A DNA stretch of 64,000 nucleotides from Candidatus Cloacimonadota bacterium (lineage in GTDB: Bacteria > Cloacimonadota > Cloacimonadia > G963667145), in contig OY762940.1 in assembly GCA_963667255.1 (NCBI GenBank), forward strand, positions 640,001 to 704,000. The letters run 5' to 3'. The notes beneath the pieces were generated by a model. It was not told the DNA's origin and did not search any database. It saw only the letters and a program-made list of their open reading frames with translations. Both the position numbers and the translations under genes were made by a program. Positions 9,098-19,336 of the stretch are shown in pieces. How positions within the stretch are numbered: position 1 is the first letter of the stretch; every line of letters begins with the position of its first letter.

Positions 9098-10957
9098 ATG
9101 AGCTTGAAAAAAAATCTTGGATTTTGGGATATTTTTTGCATCTCTTCCGGAGCGATGATTAGTTCGGGATTGTTCATTTTGCCGGCAATCGCTTACGCTA
9201 TGTGTGGCAAGAGTGTTTTTGTGGCTTATTTGATAGCGGGGATTTTGGTTCTTCCGGCTCTTTTTTCCAAAGCTGAGTTAGCTACTGCTATGCCCAAAGC
9301 GGGTGGAGACTATTTCCATATCGAGAGGAGTTTGGGTCCTATCGCCGGAACTTTGTCAGGAATTTCCGCTTGGTTTTCACTCAGTTTCAAGAGTGCCTTT
9401 GCCCTTCTCGGTATCGGAGCTTTTGTTCGCATTGTCCTTCCTGATTTCCCTATGTGGCAGATTAAGCTGGTTGCGGTTGGCTTTTGTTTGCTTTTTATGC
9501 TTGTTAATATTTACAGCACGAAGCATGCGGGAGCGATGCAAATTTTCTTGGTGCTCTTCCTTTTGGCAATTCTGTTTTATTTCGTGGCGGTCGGATTGCC
9601 GAGTGTCGATTTTGGGTATTTTGATTTTGAAAAAGATTTTTGGCCGAGTCACAGAGTTTTATTGGGAACTGCCGGAATGATTTTCGTCTCTTACGGAGGA
9701 TTGACCAAAGTGGTGAGCGTCGCCGAGGAGACTGAGAACGCTTCTTTCAATATTCCCGTGGGAATGTTTACATCCTTTTTTGTGGTTACCACTCTTTATG
9801 TTTTGGTGGTTTTCATTACCGTGGGCGTGCTTAGAGGCGATTTGTTGGTAGGCGGAGAGCCGACTTTGACACCCATCTCGGATGCAGCGAATATTTTTAT
9901 GGGACCTGTGGGCAAAGTCATTTTGGCTATTGCGGCTCTCTTGGCTTTTATCTCCACAGGCAATGCCGGTATCATGGCGGCTTCCAGAACTTCTATGGCG
10001 ATGGCAAAAGACAAATTGTTGCCGAAGTTTTTCGGCAGACTATCCGGCAAGAGCCAAACTCCGATAATTTCCATTGTCATCACGGCGTTGTTTATGATAG
10101 TGGTCATTCTGTTTTTGGACATCAAGATGCTCATCAAGACCGCATCCACTCTCAAGATTTTGCTTTTTGCGACGGTGAATTTCGTGGTAATCGTGATGCG
10201 TGAGAGCAAAATTGCCAACTATCGCCCGAAATTCAAAACGCCGTTTTATCCGTGGATGCAGATTTTTGGCTTAATCTCTTACGCCTTTTTGCTTTTTGAG
10301 ATGGGGAAATCTCCTCTGCTGATTTCAGGTGGATTTTTGCTTTTGAGTTTTTTGTGGTATTGGTTTTATGGCAGAGTGCATTCGGACAGGACTTTCGTTT
10401 TGATGAATATTGTTGATAGGATTGTCGGCAAGAAATTGACTGACGAGAAATTTTCGGAAGAGTTACGAGAGATTTTATTGGACAGGGAGCAGATTGTTAC
10501 CGATTTTTTTGATGAAACTGTTTTGAAGTCGGTTGTGATTGACATTCCTGCTATTACCGATAGAGAGAGCGTTTTGGATATGATTAGCGACGAATTGTCA
10601 GGGAGATTGGGCGAGAGCAAAGATTACTATTTGCAAAAATTCCAAGAGCGAGAGGCACAGAGTTCGACCTTGATAAGTCCATTTTTGGCGATACCGCATA
10701 TCATTTTGGAGGGAAAAGAGTTGTTTGATTTGGTGATAGTTCGTTGTCGGAGAGGTATAGATTATGGAGGAGAAAATCTCGGTGTGCAAGCTGTTTTCGC
10801 CTTGGTTGGCTCTATGGACACGCGGACTTATCATCTCAAGGCTCTTGCCGCTATTGCTCAGATAGTGCAAAATCCCAAATTTGAACAAAGATGGATGGCT
10901 GCACGCACTACGCAAGATTTGAAAGATGTGTTGGTTTTGGCTTCAAGAAGGAGGTAG
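9098..10957 (+). CDS. APC-family amino acid permease fused to C-terminal PTS EIIA (EIIA_2) domain
   Basis: GAMISSGLF, AELATAMPKAGG, about 12 TM segments; C-terminal REAQSST..LAIPH; AAGGAGGTGA RBS before ATG 9098. Confidence 0.88.
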   Translation: MSLKKNLGFWDIFCISSGAMISSGLFILPAIAYAMCGKSVFVAYLIAGILVLPALFSKAELATAMPKAGGDYFHIERSLGPIAGTLSGISAWFSLSFKSAFALLGIGAFVRIVLPDFPMWQIKLVAVGFCLLFMLVNIYSTKHAGAMQIFLVLFLLAILFYFVAVGLPSVDFGYFDFEKDFWPSHRVLLGTAGMIFVSYGGLTKVVSVAEETENASFNIPVGMFTSFFVVTTLYVLVVFITVGVLRGDLLVGGEPTLTPISDAANIFMGPVGKVILAIAALLAFISTGNAGIMAASRTSMAMAKDKLLPKFFGRLSGKSQTPIISIVITALFMIVVILFLDIKMLIKTASTLKILLFATVNFVVIVMRESKIANYRPKFKTPFYPWMQIFGLISYAFLLFEMGKSPLLISGGFLLLSFLWYWFYGRVHSDRTFVLMNIVDRIVGKKLTDEKFSEELREILLDREQIVTDFFDETVLKSVVIDIPAITDRESVLDMISDELSGRLGESKDYYLQKFQEREAQSSTLISPFLAIPHIILEGKELFDLVIVRCRRGIDYGGENLGVQAVFALVGSMDTRTYHLKALAAIAQIVQNPKFEQRWMAARTTQDLKDVLVLASRRR

Positions 10958-13546
10958 TTGATGAGAGTGCGGTTTTTTCTTTTTTTGGTTTTCCCTTGTG
11001 TTTTGTTTAGTTCCACTTGGAAATGGGAATACATTAGTTCCCCCAATTTTGACGGCTACTACAAGTCAGGAGAGAAGAATAAAGCGGTTAAGGGGCTTTA
11101 TTTTCTTGAGAAACACAAAGCAGAAATTGATTCGTTGACCGGATTTTCTCAAACGGGGGCTTTTAATTTCGGTTCATATTTTTTGGAAATACCGACTGTG
11201 ATTTCCGATGGAGAATTTAATCAGAGAATCCCGATAGTTTTCCAAGATATGGGGACAGCTAACGGATATGCCGACCCGACGATTCCCAAAATTTCGTTGT
11301 TTCACAATGGGATAAGTGCTAATGAATTTGTTTGGGGAGAGAGTTGGTATAGATTGGTGGGAGTGCACGAATATACGCATATCGCCCAGATGTCGCCGAG
11401 AAGAGGCAATTTGGCGGCTGCAATTTTCGGTTATTGGCTTTGTCCCAACATCTATCAACCTTTGTGGATTTTGGAAGGCTACACTGTTTATAGTGAGTCT
11501 CAAGTTTCTTCGCACGAGGGTCGGCTCAATAATGGTGGCTTTCACGCCATAGCCAAGTCGCAAAAATTTTTCGGAACAACTCCAACTTTGGAAAGCCTCA
11601 CTTACCACTCTGCCAAGGATTTTCCTGCCGATGCTCAGTATCTCTATGGCGGGATTTTGACGGAATATCTATCGCAGACTTACGGAGAGCGGTCGTTAAC
11701 CGATTACAATAATCTTGTGGCAAAGCAAGGTTGTTTGGGGATTTTCAATATATTCTTCCCCAATCTTTTTATGAATAGGGCTGCCAAAAAAGTTTTTGGC
11801 GAGGATTTCCATTCTTTATACAAAGAGGCGATAGCAAATTTACCAGAAATAGAAATTGACACGGATTTGGAGCTGAAAGGGCAGAAAAAAGGGAGCGTTC
11901 AGGAGTTTGTGGTAAAAGATGAGATTTGCTATTACACTGTGCAAACTCACGATTTTTCAGGCTCTTCCGTGAGCAATCTGTATCGTTGGGGAAATGGGGA
12001 ATCTGAATTTATAAGAAGTTTTCTGGCTGCCGATGATTATTCGTTTCAGTTGGTTGGAGATGAGTTGTATTATAGAAAATATGTGTTCAAATCGGGATTT
12101 GCCAATGTAGAGAAGACGGGCTTTGGAGTTAGCAGAGAGCTTTGCGTTTACGATCTCACTAATAGAAAAGAGCGGTCTGTTATCTCGGAGAGCTTGGAGA
12201 GTTTCTTTGTGGATGAGCAGAAAAATATCTATTACACCAAAGAGCGAGCTGATGAGTATGGGAGTGAGTTGTATCTAAAGAAGAGCGGGGGAGAGGCTCA
12301 ATTACAGTTGACTACCGATATGAGCATTTCACAGTTGACGGGCGATGAAGAAAACGGCGTGCTGTTTTTGACTGCCAAATCGGAGCTTGGTTCTTTGGGG
12401 GTATATTCTTGGGAGGTTGGCGACAGCAAATTGAAGAGGATAATCAACTCGGAAGCGGTTGAGATTTATCCTTCCGTGAAAGATGGGAAACTCTTTTTTA
12501 CGGCGAACTATAACAAGAAATTGGGTGGCTATTGCTACGACTTGCAGAGCCTCACGCTAAACAAAATCACAGAGGCTGAATTTGCCAAAGCTGCCAGAGC
12601 GGATGGCGATTTTGCTTACTATTTAGGTTTAGGGAAAGACGGTTACAGGTTATGCCGGGACGAGATTAAAACTGAGAGAGTTGCTGTGCCTGCAAATAGC
12701 GAAGACGAGAAGTTGGATATTTCGGATTTTGCGTATGTTGATAAGGGCGGAGCGACGGCAAGAAATTTGGCTTCTCTCTTGATTCCAAATATCAGGACTT
12801 TCTACTCTTTCAATCAAGGTGCGGATTTATTGGGCTCTACCAGCTATTCGTTGGGAATGAGCGAATCGTTTTTTCTGAACGCTTCCACGACTTTTTTTGA
12901 CCCGTTCATTATCAATTTTGCCATGAGAGCGAAAAAGTATTATGCGGTTAGCGGATTTTTGCCTGTTTACACCTCATTAGATTTTGGGCTTAGCAATCTT
13001 TATCTTTTGCTTGGTTATGAGTTCGACGATGACAAGAAAGCACCGAAAGACAAAGAGTCGCTTTTTACCGGTTTTAATTTCATTTTTGGCTTTCCGCACG
13101 ACTATTTGAGCATTACCTCTACTTATGATGATGCGAATAATGTGGATTGTAAGCTGACTTGCTACCATTATTTTCTCTATTCTCAATTGGGATTTGTCGG
13201 CAGTGTGGAGAAGATTACGGATAAGGATTTGCAATGGTCGCAGATGGAGAAAGAGGCGAACCTTTTTTATTTGCAAAAAATATGTGATGTGAAAAAAGGG
13301 GTATGGACGCCGAGTGTGTATTTGCAAGATTTGAATGTGAAATTTTTTGTGGAGTATGATAAGGGTGAGGCGTCTAAAAACAGCTACGAGATGGATACCG
13401 ATTTTGGTGTCGGCTTGGTTTCTAACATTTTGACTTTGTTGGGAAATTTGAATGGGAATCTTGAGCTTGGGTCTCGTTGGGAGAAGAAGGCAGAAAACAA
13501 AGATTATCAACCTGCGTTTTACTCCAAACTACTGTTTTCGTATTGA
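10958..13546 (+). CDS. Exported protein with HExxH metallopeptidase-like domain, propeller-like middle and possible C-terminal beta-barrel
   Basis: Signal peptide; HEYTH...WILEG; aromatic C-terminus (FSY). Confidence 0.6.
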   Translation: MMRVRFFLFLVFPCVLFSSTWKWEYISSPNFDGYYKSGEKNKAVKGLYFLEKHKAEIDSLTGFSQTGAFNFGSYFLEIPTVISDGEFNQRIPIVFQDMGTANGYADPTIPKISLFHNGISANEFVWGESWYRLVGVHEYTHIAQMSPRRGNLAAAIFGYWLCPNIYQPLWILEGYTVYSESQVSSHEGRLNNGGFHAIAKSQKFFGTTPTLESLTYHSAKDFPADAQYLYGGILTEYLSQTYGERSLTDYNNLVAKQGCLGIFNIFFPNLFMNRAAKKVFGEDFHSLYKEAIANLPEIEIDTDLELKGQKKGSVQEFVVKDEICYYTVQTHDFSGSSVSNLYRWGNGESEFIRSFLAADDYSFQLVGDELYYRKYVFKSGFANVEKTGFGVSRELCVYDLTNRKERSVISESLESFFVDEQKNIYYTKERADEYGSELYLKKSGGEAQLQLTTDMSISQLTGDEENGVLFLTAKSELGSLGVYSWEVGDSKLKRIINSEAVEIYPSVKDGKLFFTANYNKKLGGYCYDLQSLTLNKITEAEFAKAARADGDFAYYLGLGKDGYRLCRDEIKTERVAVPANSEDEKLDISDFAYVDKGGATARNLASLLIPNIRTFYSFNQGADLLGSTSYSLGMSESFFLNASTTFFDPFIINFAMRAKKYYAVSGFLPVYTSLDFGLSNLYLLLGYEFDDDKKAPKDKESLFTGFNFIFGFPHDYLSITSTYDDANNVDCKLTCYHYFLYSQLGFVGSVEKITDKDLQWSQMEKEANLFYLQKICDVKKGVWTPSVYLQDLNVKFFVEYDKGEASKNSYEMDTDFGVGLVSNILTLLGNLNGNLELGSRWEKKAENKDYQPAFYSKLLFSY

Positions 13547-13595
13547 GGGGAATAGGCGAAAAAGGGTTTGATAAAGATAATCGGGGAATGAAATT

Positions 13596-14591
13596 TTGAA
13601 AAAAATCTACAAAAAAATTCTGATAATTCGTTTCAGTTCTATTGGCGATATTATCATCACTACGCCGATTTTGAGGAGTCTGAGGGAGAAGTTTCCCGAT
13701 GCTACCATCGACTATTTGACCAAGATTGACTTTGCTCAACTTTTGACGAATAATCCCGATTTGGACAATCTGATAGGTTACGATAAGGCTAAATGCGATG
13801 TAAAGTCCCTTAAAAAAGAGTTGAAAGCGAAGGAATACGATTTGGTGGTAGATTTGCATAACAGCTTGCGTTCTCGCTATTTACGGTTCAATTTGGCTAC
13901 AACTGTTTTGGTTTATTCCAAGCCATATTTTCGCCGTTGGCTTTTGGTGAGATTTGGGATAAATTTTTTGAAAAATGCAAAATCGATTTATTCGCGTTAT
14001 TATGAGGTTTGCAAAAAATTGAATTTAGTTGAGCATAAAAGCTATTTTGTCCATTTTACTCCCAAAGAAGCCAAGAGCATTTCAGATTACACAGCGGGGA
14101 AACCCCCTATTTTAATCTCTTTATCGGCTGCTCATTTTACCAAAAAATGGGCTTTGGGAAAGTTCGCCGAGGTTGTCTCTACTTTGCAGGACGAGAATCT
14201 GGTAGTTCTTGGTGGAGCGAAAGAGAAGAAAGATGTGGAAGAGTTGAAAAGATTGTTGCCGAGAGAGAGCAAATTTGTGGATTTGTGCGGGAAGTTGGAT
14301 TTGTTGCAGACGGCAGCTCTGATGAAGGAGTCCAAGCTTTTGCTTTGTCACGACAGTGGTTTATTGCATTTGGCACAGTCGCAAAACTTGCCATGCGTGG
14401 CGATTTTCGGTTGCACTACTCGAGAGCTTGGCTTTTTCCCCATCAACGCAAATTGCGTGGTAGTTCAGGCTGATTTGCCGTGTCGCCCCTGCACCACTAT
14501 GGGGTTGAGCAGATGCCCGAGGAGACATTTTGGCTGCATGGAGATGATAACCGTTCAGACTGTTTTGGAGAGAATAAGAGAGAAATTATGA
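13596..14591 (+). CDS. Glycosyltransferase family 9 (LPS heptosyltransferase-like)
   Basis: RFSSIGDII, DLH, HDSGLLHLA, FGCT. Confidence 0.9.
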   Translation: MKKIYKKILIIRFSSIGDIIITTPILRSLREKFPDATIDYLTKIDFAQLLTNNPDLDNLIGYDKAKCDVKSLKKELKAKEYDLVVDLHNSLRSRYLRFNLATTVLVYSKPYFRRWLLVRFGINFLKNAKSIYSRYYEVCKKLNLVEHKSYFVHFTPKEAKSISDYTAGKPPILISLSAAHFTKKWALGKFAEVVSTLQDENLVVLGGAKEKKDVEELKRLLPRESKFVDLCGKLDLLQTAALMKESKLLLCHDSGLLHLAQSQNLPCVAIFGCTTRELGFFPINANCVVVQADLPCRPCTTMGLSRCPRRHFGCMEMITVQTVLERIREKL

Positions 14592-15853
14592 TTTGGCTTT
14601 ATAATTATTTGTTTTTACCGCTTATTTTTTGTGCGTTGCCGATTGCCAAAATTTTTGTCAAGAAATTGCGTGAGGGCTTAGACGCTCGTAAAGATTTGTT
14701 TGCCCGATTAGAGAGTGAACTGTCGAAATTTGATGACAACAGACAACGGGTGTTGGTCCACAGCACTTCCGTGGGCGAGTGGCTACAGGCAGAGCCGATA
14801 GTGAAAAAGCTGAAAGAGGGAAATCCGAATTTGTTGGTAATTGTCAGTTTTTTTTCGCCGTCGGGGTTCAACTTCATCAAGCCCAATCACGAAGTAATCG
14901 ACATAAAAACATATTTGCCGTTGGATACTCCAAAAAATGCCAAAAGATTTTTCTCTTTGGTCAGACCTGAATTTTGGATTATTTCCAAGCTTGATGTGTG
15001 GGCAAATCACTTGTTGGAGGCAAAACGCCGAGGGATAAAAGTTTTTTTGACTTGTGCGACTTTGACCAAACTTTCCAAGCGGGATAAAGGGCTTTCCGCT
15101 ATGTTCCACAGAAAATTGTATTCCAAGATTGATGCTATGTTCCCTATTTCTGAGGAGGATAAGAACAGGTTAGGGAATTTGTATCAAGGCGAAATGGTTG
15201 TTTGTGGAGACACGAAATACGATTTGGTGATTTCTGTCGCTAACGAGAGGAAATTTGTTACGCCTCTGCGATACGGCAAAAAAGATGTGGTTTTCATAGC
15301 CGGTAGTATTTGGGCTGAAGGTGCAAGATTTTTGTTCCCTGTGCTTAAAAAATTTTTAGATAAATATGCGAATTTCAAAGTTATTTTAGCTCCTCACAAT
15401 TTAAAATTTGTTCCAGTTTTTGCCCAAGAGTTTGCAGGTGCGAAATTGTATTCACAAGTAAAAGACGGGGAAAATCCGCAAGTTGTGGTGGTGGATAGTA
15501 TTGGGCAATTGGCAGGGCTGTATAGTTTGGCACAGATAGTTTATGTTGGTGGTGGATTTGGCACTGACGGTTTGCACAATGTGGTAGAGCCGGCTGTTTT
15601 CGGAGCGTTGCTTTTCTTCGGACCTAATTTTCATTCGTCCTACGAAGCGGAGTGTATGCTTGAGGAGAAAGTGGCGAATGTGGTCGCCGATAGCGAGCAG
15701 ATTGAGGAGTTGCTTTCTGCGTTTTTTGCTGATAGTCCCGTCATCGCCGAGCAAAGAAAAAATTGTGCCGATTTTGTCCTGAGGAATAAGGGAGCGACGG
15801 CGAAGATAGTCGCTCACATCGAGCGGATTTTGCATGAAAAGAATACCTTATAG
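14588..15853 (+). CDS. waaA: 3-deoxy-D-manno-octulosonic acid transferase
   Basis: HSTSVGE, YLPLD, GDTKYD, VGGGF..HNVVEPA. Confidence 0.9.
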   Translation: MIWLYNYLFLPLIFCALPIAKIFVKKLREGLDARKDLFARLESELSKFDDNRQRVLVHSTSVGEWLQAEPIVKKLKEGNPNLLVIVSFFSPSGFNFIKPNHEVIDIKTYLPLDTPKNAKRFFSLVRPEFWIISKLDVWANHLLEAKRRGIKVFLTCATLTKLSKRDKGLSAMFHRKLYSKIDAMFPISEEDKNRLGNLYQGEMVVCGDTKYDLVISVANERKFVTPLRYGKKDVVFIAGSIWAEGARFLFPVLKKFLDKYANFKVILAPHNLKFVPVFAQEFAGAKLYSQVKDGENPQVVVVDSIGQLAGLYSLAQIVYVGGGFGTDGLHNVVEPAVFGALLFFGPNFHSSYEAECMLEEKVANVVADSEQIEELLSAFFADSPVIAEQRKNCADFVLRNKGATAKIVAHIERILHEKNTL

Positions 15854-16199
15854 GGAGATTTTTCGGATTTTTACCAAGTCTGATGTGACTTTGATTTGTG
15901 TGCTTGTAGCGGTTTCTTTGGTGGTCGGTTTTTTCCAACTCACAGCGGAGTCTCCACAAATTGTGCAGATTTTCAAGAACGATTCGTTGGTTGGCGAATA
16001 CGATTTATCTAACGACCAGTTGATTGATATGGAGTGCGTTGTGGCGAAAATCGAAAATCATAAGATAAGCATTGTTTATTCTACTTGCCCGGGACAGCAT
16101 TGTGTTCATCAGGGCAGTCACTTGCCGATAGTTTGCCTGCCCAACAAGGTGGTAATTAAGGCGAAAGAGCGGAAAGAGGAGATGCTGATTAGTAAATAA
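15834..16199 (+). CDS. NusG domain II-containing membrane protein
   Basis: TM segment then CPGQHCV...IVCLPNKVVI. Confidence 0.8.
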   Translation: MKRIPYREIFRIFTKSDVTLICVLVAVSLVVGFFQLTAESPQIVQIFKNDSLVGEYDLSNDQLIDMECVVAKIENHKISIVYSTCPGQHCVHQGSHLPIVCLPNKVVIKAKERKEEMLISK

Positions 16200-16220
16200 T
16201 CTTTAGCCGATTAAAAGCAT

Positions 16221-17213
16221 CTAAATATTCACAATCATAGAATATCCGATAAAAGAACAAGTTCCGATTCTAAATTGTCCATGTGGGGAGACCCCATTAT
16301 AATAGCGAAAATAATGCCCTATGGATTTGACGGTATTAATAAGTTTTGGTCTGTAATCGTAGCCGACATAGACACTAGCACACCAAACTCGTTCTTCATT
16401 ATCAGAATTTCTGTAATCATACTTTATTCGATTACGCAATTCCAAAGAAATATTTGGCTTCCACTGTTTACTGGTAAGGAAACCGCTGACCTTTTTATAA
16501 TTGAAATCAGCATAAAATTCGCCACTATGTTTGCTGGGATAGAGAGTGTTGTTCCCAATTTCGTTTTTAAATAGGGTGTAATATCCATTACTTGGGTTTA
16601 TCAATCCCATAAAGCCCAATCTCAAAGATAGAGTATTTTCGTCCAACATTTCAGGGTCGTTTAGAGTTAGGCTCAGTTCGTAGTATTCATAGGTTATATT
16701 CACTCTGTAAAAGCTGGAATCATCTTGAAACCCCATGATAGTAAACTCATCACCCAAGTGGGTACTTTCGTGAGCGAACGGTTTTATTTCAAACGAAAGA
16801 TTTTTGATGTAAGGGTTATTTAAAGTGAAGTGTCCCGTGAAAGAAAATCCGAACCGATAGTCGTTATTCAAAACTGGCGAGGTCTCTTTTTCCAAAGGAT
16901 ACCAAATCATATGTGAACTGATTGGCAGAGAAATAGCCCACTTGAATTTGTTTTTGTTGGAGTAAATTAACGGGACATCAATCCCGAGATGAAGATCATT
17001 TGCAGAAAAAACTTTGGTTCCTTTGCCTGAAATTTTAGTGCTTCTTACCTCACCATAAGAAATATTATTTAAGGGGCTACTGATTTCCGATACAAAGGGT
17101 TTATTAAAATCTCTACTTGTGAAAAAGTGAAATCCCTCTTCAGTTTGTGAATAAGCATAGGCAAGGGAAAAAAAGAGAGTAAGAAAACTTAGCAAATATT
17201 TCGTTAACATCAA
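16221..17213 (-). CDS. Exported hypothetical protein, DUF1207-like outer-membrane protein
   Basis: Signal peptide; NNDYRFG, HESTHLGDEF, YYNGVSPHGQF motifs. Confidence 0.6.
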   Translation of the reverse strand: MMLTKYLLSFLTLFFSLAYAYSQTEEGFHFFTSRDFNKPFVSEISSPLNNISYGEVRSTKISGKGTKVFSANDLHLGIDVPLIYSNKNKFKWAISLPISSHMIWYPLEKETSPVLNNDYRFGFSFTGHFTLNNPYIKNLSFEIKPFAHESTHLGDEFTIMGFQDDSSFYRVNITYEYYELSLTLNDPEMLDENTLSLRLGFMGLINPSNGYYTLFKNEIGNNTLYPSKHSGEFYADFNYKKVSGFLTSKQWKPNISLELRNRIKYDYRNSDNEERVWCASVYVGYDYRPKLINTVKSIGHYFRYYNGVSPHGQFRIGTCSFIGYSMIVNI

Positions 17214-17225
17214 AAATTTCCCTTT

Positions 17226-17558
17226 TTATATATAGTCTTCCCTCACAGGCGAAAAAATGTCCAAAACCACAGAATTTTCCACAGCCTCCGCAGTGTGCTC
17301 AACATTTCCCTTGATACACCAACTGTCGCCTGGCACCATTTCGTGCCTTTCTCCGTTGATTATCAGTATCATATGCCCCGAAATTAAGTATCCTGTTTGC
17401 TCTTGAGGGTGTTTGTGGCTTGGCATCGCACAACCCTTTGTCAACTTAAATTTGACCATCAAAGTGTTGTCGCCGTAAACCAGTGTTTGTCTATCAATCC
17501 CTTCGATTGCTTTGATGTAGCCGTCTTCAGACGATTTTTTCGTTTGGTAGTTTGCCAT
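17226..17558 (-). CDS. Cupin domain protein
   Basis: HKHPQEQ...H cupin motif, DIFSPVREDY; AGGAG RBS before ATG 17558. Confidence 0.88.
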   Translation of the reverse strand: MANYQTKKSSEDGYIKAIEGIDRQTLVYGDNTLMVKFKLTKGCAMPSHKHPQEQTGYLISGHMILIINGERHEMVPGDSWCIKGNVEHTAEAVENSVVLDIFSPVREDYI

Positions 17559-17581
17559 AATTTTAACTCCTTTTATTTTTT

Positions 17582-18457
17582 TCAATCCGCTTTATGTTCA
17601 AAATCGTGTGGTTCCACATGCACGGTGGCGATTATATCAAATTGTTTGAAAACGATTTCCTCAATGCTCGTGGCGATGTGATGACCTTTCTCGATACTCA
17701 GATTTTTGTCCAATTTTATATGAAAAGTAATCTCGCGGTGATTTACATAGTTGTGAATGTGAAAATGGTGAAGTTGTAGATTTGTGCCGAAATGTGTAGT
17801 GGTTGCCTCTTTTATTTTTGCGATTAATTCGGGTGTTGGCTCTTCCCCCAAGAGTTTACGAATGGCTTCGTGGGCAATCTGTATCACAGCGTAGAAAAGC
17901 ATAAGCGAAATGACAATTCCCAAGGCACTGTCTATCCACCAAAATTTCTTGGCAAACATAATACCGACCAAGACAACTACCGAAGACAAGGAGTCCGAGC
18001 GATGATGCCATCCGTCAGCTTTAATGCTTACATTTTCGGTTTTGCGAGCCAAGTAAAAGGCAAATTGTGCCAAAAGTTCTTTGGTGATTATGGATACAAC
18101 GGTCACAGCAATGGCGATAGTGCCGAATTTTGCTGCCTGATGTGTTTGGAAACGAGCGATGGCATCACAGACGAAGCCGAAAGCTATAAATCCCAATAAA
18201 AAGGCGATAAACAGAGCTGCGATTTGCTCAAAACGACCGTAACCAAAGGGGTGCTTGTCGTCAGGTTTTTTGGCGGAGAGCTTTGTGGCGACAATCACGA
18301 CGACGGAACTCAGAGAGTCGGACAGAGTGTGCCATGCGTCAGCCGTCAGGGCGATGGAGCAGGTCGTAATTCCTGCCCAAAATTTAAGAACGAACAGAAG
18401 GCAGTTGACTATTACAGAGACTATCCCTTCCCAGTATCCAGCTTTTGTAGTGGTCAT
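17582..18457 (-). CDS. Cation diffusion facilitator family transporter (FieF-like)
   Basis: ADAWHTLSD, HPFGYGR, ADGWHHRSD, HVEP. Confidence 0.93.
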   Translation of the reverse strand: MTTTKAGYWEGIVSVIVNCLLFVLKFWAGITTCSIALTADAWHTLSDSLSSVVVIVATKLSAKKPDDKHPFGYGRFEQIAALFIAFLLGFIAFGFVCDAIARFQTHQAAKFGTIAIAVTVVSIITKELLAQFAFYLARKTENVSIKADGWHHRSDSLSSVVVLVGIMFAKKFWWIDSALGIVISLMLFYAVIQIAHEAIRKLLGEEPTPELIAKIKEATTTHFGTNLQLHHFHIHNYVNHREITFHIKLDKNLSIEKGHHIATSIEEIVFKQFDIIATVHVEPHDFEHKAD

Positions 18458-18459
18458 GT

Positions 18460-19098
18460 TTATTTTCTTCCATCAAATAAAGTTTGTAATTTATTAGCAG
18501 TTATAGTTTCAAATCCTTTTATTTTCGCTTTATATTCTGTTGCAATATCGAGATTTTCAATTTCTTTTTTCCTGCAAATACTGATGTCTAAATATGCTTT
18601 TTCTATATCAATCCCTAAAAATTTACGCTCTGCAAGATTTGCCGCAATACCAGTTGTACTGCTTCCTGTGAATGGGTCTAATATCCAAGCTCCTTTTTGT
18701 GTTGAGGCAAGTATTAACCTTGTAAGTACTGACAAAGGCTTTTGTGTGGGATGTTTAGTACACGATTTTTCCCAAGGAGCAATCGCTGGTAAAGTCCAAA
18801 CATCTTTCATTTGTTGATTGTTATTCAAGTATTTCATTAAGTCATAATTGAAGTAATGAGGAATTTTTTTAGATTTTCTTGCCCAAATAATTTGTTCTGT
18901 TGAGTATGTAAAATATCGTTTGGAAAAGTTTGGTGGAGGGTTTGTTTTTTGCCAAGTAACAATATTTAAAATTTTGAATCCTAATTCTATTAAAATGTGT
19001 CCAACACTAAAAATATTGTGCATTGTACCACTAATCCAAATTGTAGCGTTGTCTTTCATTTTATCAATAGCTAATGTTAACTATTTAAGATTAAAATC
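18460..19098 (-). pseudogene. 5'-truncated beta-class adenine DNA methyltransferase (DpnA/M.MboIB-like)
   Basis: IWISGTMHNI, KHPTQKP, ILDPFTGSSTT present; catalytic DPPY N-terminus absent; in-frame TAG at 19081-19083 within DFNLK*LTLAIDKM. Confidence 0.8.
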
Positions 19099-19106
19099 GT
19101 ATTTAA

Positions 19107-19334
19107 TTATGTAACTTGGTCAATAATCCACATCCAATCTTCATACATTGATAAAAAAGAACCAAAATCAATCTTATATTCTATTCCATCAATTCCTTCA
19201 TCAATTAAATATTTGCCTTTTTTATACATAAAATGTGTCGCATAACACCCATAACCCAATACTAATTGAGCTTCAATGTGTTTTGATGGATTGCGTGATA
19301 TAAAATCTAATAATTCTTTAGTTGAGATTCTCAT
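19107..19334 (-). CDS. Hypothetical protein (75 aa)
   Basis: ATG ORF starting 2 nt after the dpnI-like stop; no recognisable motif. Confidence 0.55.
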   Translation of the reverse strand: MRISTKELLDFISRNPSKHIEAQLVLGYGCYATHFMYKKGKYLIDEGIDGIEYKIDFGSFLSMYEDWMWIIDQVT

Positions 19335-19336
19335 TT

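Noticed and set aside
19081..19083. Amber recoding (pyrrolysine or alternative code) for the TAGs at 19081 and 45231
   Set aside because: TAG terminates many normal genes here (e.g. rpsA, rnfE, rnfA, motA), and the MTase lacks its N-terminus regardless.
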